Shown: positions 38,351-48,844, counted from the first letter of the stretch. The stretch: DNA of 64,000 nt from an uncultured Veillonellaceae bacterium (GCA_963805085.1 CAWDTA010000002.1:448001-512000), one strand, 5' to 3'. The notes: generated from the sequence alone by a model not told the origin. A program made the numbers and translations.

Positions 38351-39827
38351 TGATAATATTTTGGTGTTTAGCGTTGATACTGATTTTTTAACACTAGATC
38401 CTGCACTTGTCGATGATTATATCGGTTTAATTGTCTGTCAATCTTTATTCGAACCGTTGCTTATATTAGATCATAAAACTGGAGAAATCATTCCAGGTGC
38501 AGCAAAACATTATAAAATTTTGGATAATGAAAAAACATATATATTCTATTTAGACGAAAACAATAAATGGTCAAATGGCGAAACTGTAACAGCATTTGAT
38601 TTTGAATTTGCATTTAAAAGAATTATAGCTGCTAAAGAAAATTCTGGCGTCAGTTCATTAATTTTAGACATACTAAATTCTAATCAAATTATTAATAATA
38701 AAGTAAACGTAAATGAACTAGGAGTAAAAGCAATTGATGAATATATATTTGAAATAAAACTAAAAAGACCAGTTTCTCATTTTTGTGAATTACTTACTAA
38801 TCCTAATTTTGCGCCTGTTCCGCACAATGTTATCCGTATGCATGGCGATGCATGGATGCAACCGCAAAACTTTGTTTCAAATGGTCCGTTTATTCTAAAA
38901 GAATTAAAACGTAATAAATATATATTTGTTGAAAAAAATCCATATTATTTTAACAGTAACAATAAACAAATTCAAGGAATTAGGTTTTTAATTAATAACG
39001 ATTTCAATAAACAAATTAAATCTTATGAAGAAAATAATATTCACGTAACTTGCAATACGTTATTTCCGTATAATTTAATTGAGAATTATAAAAACTGTTT
39101 AGATTTTAATATAGAACCGTTTCTTTTATTATCATATATTAATATAAACTTTGCTAAAGGAGATTTCATAAATAAAAAAGTAAGACAGATGTTATATTAT
39201 GCAATCGATAAAGAATATATTGCTGATAAGTTATCGAATGGAATAAATTCAAATTATGATTTTGTTCCGTTAGGAATTAAAAATTATAAGCCAATTAATC
39301 CAATTTCTTATAATCCAGAAAAAGCAAGAAAAATATTATCCGAGTTCCCGAACATAAAGCGTACATATGAATTAATTTATGCAGATTTCTATCCTAATAA
39401 GGAAATCCTATCATACGTATCAAAATTCTGGGAAGAAGTATTAAATATTAAAGTAAATCTTCTCCCTGTATCATTTGACTGTCTTATAGATAAATTGTGT
39501 AATAATAATTTTGATTTATGTCTTTCATTAATAGCAGCAAGATATAATGAGCCATCAGCATATTTAGAAGATTTCGCCAAACCTAGTTTACTAATGAATA
39601 AGTATGACGAATATAATAAATTATTAGTAAAAGCAGTTGAGACACATAATGCAACTATAAAAAAAGATATCTACAAAGATATTAATAATATTCTTATTGA
39701 TATCTTACCTATATTTCCCTTGTTTTCTTTCAATAGTATATATTTGAAAAAACCCTATATAAAAAATTTTAAAATATTTCCTTGCGGTCATTTTTCATTT
39801 AGAGATTTAGATATAGAAAAAATTTAG
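38331..39827 (+). CDS. OppA-like family 5 peptide-binding protein lacking a signal peptide
   Basis: TLDPA, KWSNGETVTAFDFEFAFKR, SNGPFILKE, KNPYY and YNPEKARKIL motifs; no lipobox or hydrophobic leader. Confidence 0.85.
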   Translation: MKNDIPNDNILVFSVDTDFLTLDPALVDDYIGLIVCQSLFEPLLILDHKTGEIIPGAAKHYKILDNEKTYIFYLDENNKWSNGETVTAFDFEFAFKRIIAAKENSGVSSLILDILNSNQIINNKVNVNELGVKAIDEYIFEIKLKRPVSHFCELLTNPNFAPVPHNVIRMHGDAWMQPQNFVSNGPFILKELKRNKYIFVEKNPYYFNSNNKQIQGIRFLINNDFNKQIKSYEENNIHVTCNTLFPYNLIENYKNCLDFNIEPFLLLSYININFAKGDFINKKVRQMLYYAIDKEYIADKLSNGINSNYDFVPLGIKNYKPINPISYNPEKARKILSEFPNIKRTYELIYADFYPNKEILSYVSKFWEEVLNIKVNLLPVSFDCLIDKLCNNNFDLCLSLIAARYNEPSAYLEDFAKPSLLMNKYDEYNKLLVKAVETHNATIKKDIYKDINNILIDILPIFPLFSFNSIYLKKPYIKNFKIFPCGHFSFRDLDIEKI

Positions 39828-39969
39828 CAACCGATATTAGCAGGTAAAAACATCTGCTGAATTTCATGACAAAAAAATGGTAACAGCCTACATGCACTCA
39901 CATCAGTTCCAATTCCGCCTCCTATCATCACCACAAGTATTCTGTAATTGCGTGATACGAAGACACATA

Positions 39970-40833
39970 TCAATCCTCCAATATGCGATAAATCGCCTTT
40001 GCTACACCATGTTCTGCATTACTTGCAGTTATATATTTTGCCACTTTTTTAATTTCCGGTATTGCATTTCCCATAGCAAATGAATTTGGAAACTCTACAA
40101 ACATTGAATAATCATTGGAACTATCACCTAAAACAGCGACTTCTTCTTTTCTTATCCCTATTTTTTCTGCAACTTTAGCTAATATGCGTCCTTTGGTGGC
40201 ATTAACATCATTCACTTCAATATTCATAGGAAAGCTTGAGGATATAGCGAGTCCAGACAATTTATTCAGCGCTTGCTTAAGCACATTGATCTCATCAATT
40301 GACCCTGCAAAAGAAACAAATTTACCTATATTTATATCACTTTTCAAGAACTCCTGCAAATTTGTTATGTATTTCATCTTAGCAAAATGAGGATGCGTTA
40401 TCGCATGTTGATAAATTTCATCTGAATCTATAAGCGCGGGATAAAAAGCTTTTACTCTTTCTATCATTCCTTTTAAGGTTTTTTCCTTTGTATTCGTTGT
40501 ATAATATCCATCATCGGTATATATTTCAGCAGCTGCATCATAATTTGCCATTATATTTAAAATTTGAACTGCTATACTTTTATCAATATAGATCCCTGCA
40601 ACGATCTCACCGGCAATATCCCTATATTCTCCGCCATTTAAGACAACGCATTCACATGTTAAGCCACACTCATCTAAGAATGGTTTAACATCTTCATATG
40701 CTCTGCCGGTTGCAATCGCAAAGACAATACCTTTTTCTTGTGCCATTTTTATAGCTGCTATATTTTCCTTTGATATTTTTCGATTCGTTCCTATTAAAGT
40801 TCCATCCATATCAGATGCAATCAATTTTATCAT
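39970..40833 (-). CDS. Cof-type HAD-IIB family hydrolase
   Basis: ASDMDGTL, ATGR, TKG, GDSSND and AMGNA motifs; ATG at 40833 after GAGGAG. Confidence 0.92.
   Translation of the reverse strand: MIKLIASDMDGTLIGTNRKISKENIAAIKMAQEKGIVFAIATGRAYEDVKPFLDECGLTCECVVLNGGEYRDIAGEIVAGIYIDKSIAVQILNIMANYDAAAEIYTDDGYYTTNTKEKTLKGMIERVKAFYPALIDSDEIYQHAITHPHFAKMKYITNLQEFLKSDINIGKFVSFAGSIDEINVLKQALNKLSGLAISSSFPMNIEVNDVNATKGRILAKVAEKIGIRKEEVAVLGDSSNDYSMFVEFPNSFAMGNAIPEIKKVAKYITASNAEHGVAKAIYRILED
40225..40266. repeat. 42-bp direct repeat, copy 2 (inside the Cof gene)
   Basis: Identical to 33519-33560. Confidence 0.95.
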
Positions 40834-41015
40834 TTTAAAACTCCTCGTACACTTTCTTAAATTAATTACTTTTAACAATATACCTAATTATAAGTTTACC
40901 TATATTTTATTTACTACATATTTTTATAATGTAAAAGCTTAAATAACTGATTTATCACTTATATGAGCAATAAAAATCTGGTGTAACCCTTTATCGAGGC
41001 AGCACCAGATTTTTA

Positions 41016-41648
41016 TTATTCGCTTACTTTGGCTTGTTCCAATTCAGCAACATACGCTGTCATTACAGAATCTATTTTATCCAAAACAAAACTACGTGTG
41101 AAAATATCAATCTTAAAATTTTCATCTTCATCATCATTGCGAGATATCTTAAAGATAAGCGGCACGCTCGTACCTTCATAGGTTACATTAGCTTGACAAT
41201 TTTTATCAATGTCTTTTTCTGCCTTGCGAGCAGCATGAATAACACGTTCTTGCTCTATTGGATCAAGGTCCTTATCAAAAATCCCATTTAAACGTTCAAT
41301 AAACCCATTGATTTCAAGAATTGAGTCAAGCACAATTGTTGCTTGCTCGACCTCATACATTTTTTCGGGATAATACTCCTCAATAAAAGCACGCATATCA
41401 GGATTATCTTCATAATCTTCAAGCTCGTCTTTTTTTCCCAATAACGTTTTTCCCCAGCTAATGATTTGTAAGATCGGCAAGCAAATAAACATCAAAAAAA
41501 AGGCTATTTTAAGCATATTATCGTTCACCGGCATTTGCGAGTTCAAATAGCGTTCTAATACTGCCATATCTTTTCTATCTTTATAATATAGACCACCTGC
41601 AATGATAATATACAATGCTAGACTTAAACTAACTACCAAGCTATTCAC
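41016..41648 (-). CDS. Hypothetical membrane-anchored protein
   Basis: 210 aa, two N-terminal TM segments and an acidic soluble domain. Confidence 0.65.
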   Translation of the reverse strand: MNSLVVSLSLALYIIIAGGLYYKDRKDMAVLERYLNSQMPVNDNMLKIAFFLMFICLPILQIISWGKTLLGKKDELEDYEDNPDMRAFIEEYYPEKMYEVEQATIVLDSILEINGFIERLNGIFDKDLDPIEQERVIHAARKAEKDIDKNCQANVTYEGTSVPLIFKISRNDDEDENFKIDIFTRSFVLDKIDSVMTAYVAELEQAKVSE

Positions 41649-41869
41649 CCCAAACTATCGCATCGAACAAACTGTCCCTTTGATATTAATTTATATAATA
41701 AATTCTATTATAGCATATTTTTAAATCCAACTGCTTTTTGCTATAACGATTATTCAATATTATACTTCGTTTCTTTGTATACATGAAACCTACAAAATAA
41801 AACTAGGCTACGCGAGGCGATTCATCCATGCGTAGCCTAGTTTAGTTTATTTATCTTAGTAATTACTGT

Positions 41870-43438
41870 TTATTTTTCTATTTCTACACTTGCCTCAAAC
41901 ATTCTATTCCATGGAAAATCTACGTTTACTTTCGTAAAATCGAACCCTTGTAGATGGTCCTTGGCAAAGGCATTCATTTTCTCATTGGCGGATTTTACAA
42001 TTGTCGGTTTTGCTAAATCGAGCTTGCTATAGTTGCCACCTTTTAAGTGATTTAGCTCCCCAGCAAGTGTTTGACGAATATTAGCTTGATAAGCCCAGTC
42101 ATCCATAAGTCTAACACTAAGCAGGCGATTTTTATCTTCCAACTTCATCTTATCTACTAAAATGCCTTGACCAATAGCAAAACCAGCACTATTGTTCGCA
42201 GTATTCCAACCAGAATATGCCGCTAATTTATTTAATAATCCCTGTTTCTCAAGCTCTGACATCAACGCATTATCTGCTCCATTTGCAAAAGAGATATCCG
42301 CAATGGCAACAGGATAGCCACAATTTAAATACCGCTTGACTTCATTAACAAAAGCTTTGGTATTAGCATGTACTGCGGTTGTATTCGTTGGATAGTTAGC
42401 CTCAGATGTCACTCCATCCTTAGCGGTATTTACCAACAATACCAAATCAGCACGTTCCGTCGTTGGAACAGGAATTGCCCCACTAGCAAATAAATGTGAT
42501 TGAATGGACTTTCCGATTGCCTCGTCAGAATAAGTCGGCACCGTATCAGCGCCAACCCCCTCAGCGTAACGCACCGCGACAAGCGGAATATGCCAATTTA
42601 AATCATTACTTGCCCGTGTTAACAGAACCATCCCCATTTCATCAATACCAGCTAAAGCCTGGAACTTTGACACGCCCAGCTCCTCGCCTTGACTACTGAG
42701 CAAACGACTTTCTTTATGGGTCTGTGAAAACGGCGCGTTGTCATCGCGACCAAGCGCTAGATATTGAAATACATTGCTTTTTGCAAGTTCTACCAATTTT
42801 GTATTGGCTGCAAAATTTTTGCTTCGACGATCCATCCAGTCGCTAACTGCCTCTTTTGGAACACTTTTTTCTAATTTTGCAACTTGTCTCTTTTCCGCTC
42901 TTGTTAGACGATCGCTTTCTTCTTTATCTTGCAAAGAAGTTAAGGTAAAAATATCTGGTCCATATTTAGCATAATAGCTAGGTTCTTCACCGCCGTCACT
43001 GCTCCTTGGCGAACGCATAATGGAACCAAATACATAGATTTTTAAATTAGGGTTTTCTGCGTGCAGCTTTTCAAAATTATCTACACGTTTTAAAACAGCT
43101 TCACTCGTTAACGTATGTTTACGAGAAGCAACTAAACTGCCATAAAGGAGGGAATCCGACGATAAAACAACAGCATCCGTCTTCTTTGCATTGGTAAATA
43201 ACCATTGCCAAAGTTCCTCTGGTTTTCCTAAGGAGGTTCGGCTACCTAACAATTCTGTGGGTGGCACGAGTACATCATAGTCAAGTTTCTTTACCGTATC
43301 CAATGTTTGCGCAAACGAAATTGGACGGTCATCATGCGGAATAAAGATGATTTGTGGCCTAATTGCCGCGAATACTGGCACCTCAGCAAAAGCCGTATAA
43401 AAACACAAAACAAAAACCATAAGTACTTTTTTATACAA
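41870..43438 (-). CDS. DUF4127 family exported protein
   Basis: Signal peptide; IPHDDRP, LYGSLVASR, GRDDN, GIDE, NGAD, YSGWNTANN and FPWNRMFE motifs. Confidence 0.8.
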   Translation of the reverse strand: MYKKVLMVFVLCFYTAFAEVPVFAAIRPQIIFIPHDDRPISFAQTLDTVKKLDYDVLVPPTELLGSRTSLGKPEELWQWLFTNAKKTDAVVLSSDSLLYGSLVASRKHTLTSEAVLKRVDNFEKLHAENPNLKIYVFGSIMRSPRSSDGGEEPSYYAKYGPDIFTLTSLQDKEESDRLTRAEKRQVAKLEKSVPKEAVSDWMDRRSKNFAANTKLVELAKSNVFQYLALGRDDNAPFSQTHKESRLLSSQGEELGVSKFQALAGIDEMGMVLLTRASNDLNWHIPLVAVRYAEGVGADTVPTYSDEAIGKSIQSHLFASGAIPVPTTERADLVLLVNTAKDGVTSEANYPTNTTAVHANTKAFVNEVKRYLNCGYPVAIADISFANGADNALMSELEKQGLLNKLAAYSGWNTANNSAGFAIGQGILVDKMKLEDKNRLLSVRLMDDWAYQANIRQTLAGELNHLKGGNYSKLDLAKPTIVKSANEKMNAFAKDHLQGFDFTKVNVDFPWNRMFEASVEIEK

Positions 43439-43456
43439 AAGCTAACTCCTCCTTCT

Positions 43457-44134
43457 TCACTTAAGAATATTTTGCAACATATTTTTAACTGTATCAGGTA
43501 AGTTAAGAGCAGTTTTAAATTCTACATACCCATCTTTAGGCACAGCTTGTTCAATAACAACAGCATCACTCAGGGAATAACCAAATAACTCTGCCTGACC
43601 AAAACTTGACTCTTTCAATGCATCTTGAAAATCTACCGTTACAGTATTGCCAGAGATCTTCGTCTTAACCGTATCGCCAAGATTTACTTTGCCAACAAAT
43701 TTTTCCGCCATTGATAAACTTATCCGCGAAAAAATCCAGGACATGGTCCCATTGTCAGGTAAATCTTTTTCTAACACTTTAAACTTTAAAACTGAAGTAT
43801 CTTTACTATGCTCAAATTGTTCAATCCGGCATAATAATATCACCTTGCCAATTTTTTTCGTATCCGCTGTTAGCTTCATTTTACCATCACCAACAGAAGT
43901 AACTTGCAGCGACTTAATAGCTGAATTCTCATCAATTGTTTTAGCAATGGATTCATTAATGGTCTCATCTGGAACTGAAAGTTTACCTTCTTTGAGCTGC
44001 TCTAACGTTTGCGTATCCCAAGTCTGACGAACAACATTAATCACGGGTGTTAAATTGTCAATCTGCCCGCTAAGATCACTAAGATTGATATTACCAAGCA
44101 TTTCACTTGATAGATCAATTGGCATATCTATCAT
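43457..44134 (-). CDS. Hypothetical protein
   Basis: 225-aa ORF with a GGGAGG RBS, co-oriented with its neighbours. Confidence 0.7.
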   Translation of the reverse strand: MIDMPIDLSSEMLGNINLSDLSGQIDNLTPVINVVRQTWDTQTLEQLKEGKLSVPDETINESIAKTIDENSAIKSLQVTSVGDGKMKLTADTKKIGKVILLCRIEQFEHSKDTSVLKFKVLEKDLPDNGTMSWIFSRISLSMAEKFVGKVNLGDTVKTKISGNTVTVDFQDALKESSFGQAELFGYSLSDAVVIEQAVPKDGYVEFKTALNLPDTVKNMLQNILK

Positions 44135-44240
44135 ATTCTATGGCCTCCCTAATTTGTCCTAACTAATATTAGCATCTGTTTGCCAATTCATTATACACCA
44201 ACCATGAGGCAATTTCTATTTCCTTATTTTACAGACAACT

Positions 44241-44942
44241 CTAAACGGATTCTTTCCGCATATCTTGCCATAAATCACGGGCCAAATTATAAATAGCTGG
44301 CTCCATTTTTGAACGTTTTTCACCAATCACTCGGCTCAGATATTGAACTGCTTTTTCCGTATTGCCCGTTCTTCTATAGAGTTCACCAATCAAATACGTA
44401 GCCGCTGTATCGGTCATACTGCCGATTGGAAAACGTTCTGTTGTCAACGCTCTATCATATCCTTCTAAAGCTCTTATTAATACCTCTTGTTCTTTTTCCT
44501 TTGCCTCAGTGCTTGCATCGCTATCTTCCTCGCCAGCTTCACGATATAACCAAGCTAATTTCAAATACAGCCCTGCCTTGCGACTCTCTGGTGATTCAAT
44601 TAAATCTGCATAATAAAGTGCTAATTTAAATGCATTAATCGCATCACCTCTTGTTCTTACTTCCTTGTATTCAATTTTCACTTTTCTATCTTTTAAAAAC
44701 TGGATGATTTTCTCTTTTTCTTTTTCTCTCAATGTATCAAAATGCTTTTCATCTGAAGCATAACCACAATGCGAACATACCCAAATATCATAGTAATATG
44801 GATTAAACTCCTTGTAATGTACACAAAAATCGCTATCCTGTTTTATTTTAATCAATCGCGACCGTGTTTTAGTCACTTGAAACTTTTCCCCACAAATGGG
44901 GCATTCTCTCTCTACCGAATATGTAAAGCCTACTGCCATCAA
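44241..44942 (-). CDS. DUF2225 family protein (Zn ribbon plus TPR-like)
   Basis: CPIC...DSDFC...NPYYY...CSHCGYA, LKLAWLYR and YLIGELYRR motifs. Confidence 0.85.
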   Translation of the reverse strand: MMAVGFTYSVERECPICGEKFQVTKTRSRLIKIKQDSDFCVHYKEFNPYYYDIWVCSHCGYASDEKHFDTLREKEKEKIIQFLKDRKVKIEYKEVRTRGDAINAFKLALYYADLIESPESRKAGLYLKLAWLYREAGEEDSDASTEAKEKEQEVLIRALEGYDRALTTERFPIGSMTDTAATYLIGELYRRTGNTEKAVQYLSRVIGEKRSKMEPAIYNLARDLWQDMRKESV

Positions 44943-45394
44943 AGTTCATCTCCCTATTATAATCAACACCCATGTTAAATCTATTTCTTATCTACCCATG
45001 AATCTCCTAGTCGTTTCTCCCCCTCTTTTTCACGCCCAGCAGCAAATCACGTTGTCAACTTCATTTCTATATGAATAAAAATAAACCTTATGAACTATTC
45101 ACACTTGGACTATTGCTCTAATGATTGGTCACTATTATATATATCGAATAAAGTGCCAATTTCATAAACACAAACTTATAGAATACTCATTTTATTTTTC
45201 ATGTAAAAATCACCTAATTTTCCATTTTATCAGTAAAGAATATAATGTTTTACAATCAGAACCCACTTTTTTTATTTTTTTCTTCCAGAAAAAATGTTAT
45301 GATAATATTATCAAACATGTTAAAAGGATTTTACTCTTTTCTCAGTTTTATTGTAATCATCCAATTTTTAGCATATGAAAAAGGAGTATTTACG

Positions 45395-46048
45395 ATGGCA
45401 AAGATACGGCGCAAAGATATCAAAGAACAGCTTTTATCTGTTTGCAAGCCGGAAAAAAATCATATTATTTTTATTCCCCATGAACCGATCTTATCTGAAA
45501 TAAAAGGCTATGATAAAACAGAACTACACAATCTCCATAAAAAAGGGCTTATGTTATTACCACGAAGTTATATTGTTGCCAACGAATCTATCCCTGTTTA
45601 CGAAGAATATGATACCGTTTTCGATCATATTGATCAAGCGGTAAACTATATTGCCGACACCTGGAAGGTCGTCCCACTAAAAACAACTACCATTCTCCCA
45701 GTACACAGCTACCAATTTATGAACTTTATCAAAAAGCAATACCGTATCAATCTAAGCATCAAAGCCGCCAAGGATCAGCTTCTCACCCTTACGCTAGATT
45801 ACGATGCTGATAGAATCCTGGCGCTAGAGAAGCAGATTTCTTACAACCAAGGCAAAGCTCAAGTCCTTATGGATTGGTTCTGTGAGTGGATGAATGCAAA
45901 ATCCTTCCCACTGATTGATTACAGTGCAGAGTTTCGTGATGTCTTATTTGAAACCTGCGTAAAAGAATTTGAAACACTATTAGAGCAAGGCCTAATTTAC
46001 AAAGACGAATACGATACCTTCCATTACCTGTGGTTGGATGATAAATAA
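45395..46048 (+). CDS. Hypothetical protein
   Basis: AAGGAG RBS before ATG at 45395 (MAKIRRK); followed by a terminator. Confidence 0.7.
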   Translation: MAKIRRKDIKEQLLSVCKPEKNHIIFIPHEPILSEIKGYDKTELHNLHKKGLMLLPRSYIVANESIPVYEEYDTVFDHIDQAVNYIADTWKVVPLKTTTILPVHSYQFMNFIKKQYRINLSIKAAKDQLLTLTLDYDADRILALEKQISYNQGKAQVLMDWFCEWMNAKSFPLIDYSAEFRDVLFETCVKEFETLLEQGLIYKDEYDTFHYLWLDDK

Positions 46049-46096
46049 TCTAAAGACACGACACGGATTCCATACGATCCGTTTGTCGTGTCTTTT

Positions 46097-46423
46097 CTAT
46101 TCTTCTTTAAATCGATCCAACATCGAAATGGTATCGACCAGATGATTATTAAAGATTTGTTTGGCCACTTCTAGCAGTTCAAGAATCATCGGATCACGTA
46201 ATGAATAGGTTACTTTATTGCCGTCTTTCGTTCCATGCACAATATTTTTATTACGTAATATTGATAGCTGTTGAGAAACTGCACTACCTTCACTACCAAC
46301 TAAAGTCTGGAGTTCATTGACATTTTTATCCCCTTGCGCCAATAGTTCCAAAATACGAATGCGGAGCGGATGTGCCAAGGCTTTAAAAAATTCCGCTTTA
46401 AACTTTTGTAATTCTAAATTCAC
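46097..46423 (-). CDS. ArsR/SmtB family regulator
   Basis: FFKALAHPLRIRILELL and SAVSQQLSILR motifs; last gene of the hydrogenase operon. Confidence 0.9.
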   Translation of the reverse strand: MNLELQKFKAEFFKALAHPLRIRILELLAQGDKNVNELQTLVGSEGSAVSQQLSILRNKNIVHGTKDGNKVTYSLRDPMILELLEVAKQIFNNHLVDTISMLDRFKEE

Positions 46424-46424
46424 C

Positions 46425-46892
46425 TTACTCACCTCGTTTAAGAACTTCCTCATATTGATCAAGCGCAAGTAGAATTCCTTGTATCAACGCTTGTGGCCTT
46501 GGCGGACAGCCTGGTACATAAACATAGACCGGAACAAAGGGATCAATCCCACCTGCATTGGCATACGTTTCGCCAAATACACCACCGCCACAGGCGCAGG
46601 CCCCAATCGCTAGCACAATTTTCGGTTTAGGTGTTGCCTCATAGGTAATGTGAAGTGCTTTTTCCAGATTACTGGTCACCCCACCAGTCACCATCAACAT
46701 ATCTGCTTGTCGCGGTGATGGAACAAAGCTCACGCCAAAACGGCTAATATCATAGATCGGATTGGATAATGTCGACATTTCGAAATCGCAACCATTGCAA
46801 GAACCCGTATCGACATGACGAATATGAAGTGAACCGCTCAAAACTTCCTTGATCCGCTTTTTTAGATCAGTTCCTAATTCTTCTTCATTCAC
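46425..46892 (-). CDS. Group 4 hydrogenase small subunit (HyfI/NuoB-like)
   Basis: GSCNGC, SPRQAD, GACACGGG and PGCPPRP motifs. Confidence 0.9.
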   Translation of the reverse strand: MNEEELGTDLKKRIKEVLSGSLHIRHVDTGSCNGCDFEMSTLSNPIYDISRFGVSFVPSPRQADMLMVTGGVTSNLEKALHITYEATPKPKIVLAIGACACGGGVFGETYANAGGIDPFVPVYVYVPGCPPRPQALIQGILLALDQYEEVLKRGE

Positions 46893-46907
46893 GCAGCTAT
46901 CTCCTCC

Positions 46908-47234
46908 TTATTTTTCCTCATCTTTATCAACAGATATAAATAAATCTTTTTTCGCATTGACAGCTTGGTAGCAATCTGTCGTTTGCGTAAACGCGTCGGT
47001 ATTACAAATTTTAACGCAGTTACCACATTGGATACAATTGCCGTAAAACAATCTTATTTTATTCACATTCATACAAAGCGCCCCAGTTGGACAAGCGGCA
47101 ATGCATTCTTCCCAATTCGTGTTTTTCTGCGCAGTTAACTCAATCTTACCTCTATATTTTTTTGGTGCTGGTTCAAACGGTTGTTTTTCTGTCACCGTAC
47201 CAACTTGCCAAATCTTTCTAAGCATGTCAAACAT
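46908..47234 (-). CDS. 4Fe-4S ferredoxin-like subunit (HyfH/NuoI-like)
   Basis: CIAACPTGA and CIQCGNCVKIC; the first cluster motif is degenerate (KNTNWEEC). Confidence 0.8.
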   Translation of the reverse strand: MFDMLRKIWQVGTVTEKQPFEPAPKKYRGKIELTAQKNTNWEECIAACPTGALCMNVNKIRLFYGNCIQCGNCVKICNTDAFTQTTDCYQAVNAKKDLFISVDKDEEK

Positions 47235-47260
47235 GATGGATTCCTCTCTTTGTCTGCTAT

Positions 47261-48844
47261 TTAACGGTCACAGCAAGAATAACACAACTCAAAACTTTTA
47301 TTAATCAACGGGAAATCAGGAACGATGTTGCCAGGCACCGCAACTGCCACCACTGGCCAATTACTATACGCTGCGGAACGAATGCGATACCGATAGATTT
47401 TATTATCTTGGTCAACCATCAGCCAATGGCAGTTTTCCCCCCGCGCCGATTCCGTCCAGCCCAAACTTGTTTTATATGGTTGAATTTTAGGAATATCCGT
47501 AATAATATCGCCTTCGGGTAAGTCTTGAAAAATTTGCCGGATTAATAAAATAGAGTTGAACACTTCTAAAATACGCACCCTAATTCTGGCGAGTACATCC
47601 CCTTCTTCTTGAACAATCACGGTAAAATTCAATTGATCATACGCCGCATAAGGCAAATCGCGCCGACAATCGATATCACGCCCCGAGGCTCTTGCCGCCA
47701 CCCCGACTGCTTCTAACTCTGTCACTTGTTTCAAATTTAATCGTCCGGTTGTTTCCATTCGATCAACGGCAATTTCATGGTTGAGTAAAATATCCGCCAA
47801 ATCTTGAAAATCTGTATCTAACTCGTTTAAGTGATTTGTGATCCGATCAATTTCATCTTTTCTGATATCTTGTCGTATACCACCGAGCGCAATCACACCG
47901 CGTAAATAACGATGGCCTGTTAGTTCTTCATTTAAGCGCAAGAGCAATTCCCGCATTCGTGCCCCTTGGCTATTGCCTACAGCAAAGCCATAACCAGCAC
48001 AGATATTACCGACATCGCCAACATGATTATACAGGCGTTCTAGCTCCATATATAACGTTCTAATATAAGCTGCGCGCCTAGGAATCGTAACATTTGCCGC
48101 TGTTTCAACCGCCTGTGCAAAAGCTACCGCATGAGAAACATTGCATACACAGCAAATGCGTTCGATTAAAAACATCGCTTGCTCCAAGGTTTTGCCTTCG
48201 AGCTCTTTTTCAATTCCCCGATGCGTATAAAAAAGGCGAGCATCCAAATGAAGTACCGTATCGCCTACCGCCCCAAACCGAAAATGCCCAGGTTCAATAA
48301 TTCCTGCATGAATCGGCCCTACCGGTATCTCTGTCACATCTGCACCAGTATACTCGACAAAGTGAAGAGCTTCGTTTTCACAATGTAGCATACCAGTCTC
48401 TATATAATCCTTACGTAGCGGATACACAGCTTCCATTTGGTCTCCATGAAAAATCAAAGGAATCCGATTGGGATGTCCAATTGCTCTAAGCCCAAGTAAG
48501 TCATTGACTTCCCTTTCATACCAATTGAAGGCTGGCATATGCGCAGCAAGCGATGGAAAGGTAGGATCATTTTCTTCTACAAATATTTTAATCGTGATAA
48601 AATGCCGAATTTCATCGAAAACAAATACATAATAAAGTGCAAACATAGTATTGATTTGCCGCTCATCATTGCCTACCATCGTAAACAACCTTGCCCCTTG
48701 CTCCTGATACAGATACTGACAAACCTCGGGCAAATCTTTTTTATCAATATGGAGTACCGTTTCATTTGCTTGCTCTTCTGCATCTAGCAAACGAGTTCCT
48801 AACTGTTGTACTATCTTTTTGATCATCCGTCTTTTACTGTCCAA
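47261..48844 (-). CDS. Group 4 hydrogenase large subunit (HyfG/HycE-like, NuoC+NuoD fusion)
   Basis: WYEREVNDLLG, GPIHAGIIEPGHFRF, ERICCVCNVSH, C-terminal SFELCYSCCDR; TTG start at 48844 after GGAGGTG. Confidence 0.88.
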   Translation of the reverse strand: MDSKRRMIKKIVQQLGTRLLDAEEQANETVLHIDKKDLPEVCQYLYQEQGARLFTMVGNDERQINTMFALYYVFVFDEIRHFITIKIFVEENDPTFPSLAAHMPAFNWYEREVNDLLGLRAIGHPNRIPLIFHGDQMEAVYPLRKDYIETGMLHCENEALHFVEYTGADVTEIPVGPIHAGIIEPGHFRFGAVGDTVLHLDARLFYTHRGIEKELEGKTLEQAMFLIERICCVCNVSHAVAFAQAVETAANVTIPRRAAYIRTLYMELERLYNHVGDVGNICAGYGFAVGNSQGARMRELLLRLNEELTGHRYLRGVIALGGIRQDIRKDEIDRITNHLNELDTDFQDLADILLNHEIAVDRMETTGRLNLKQVTELEAVGVAARASGRDIDCRRDLPYAAYDQLNFTVIVQEEGDVLARIRVRILEVFNSILLIRQIFQDLPEGDIITDIPKIQPYKTSLGWTESARGENCHWLMVDQDNKIYRYRIRSAAYSNWPVVAVAVPGNIVPDFPLINKSFELCYSCCDR

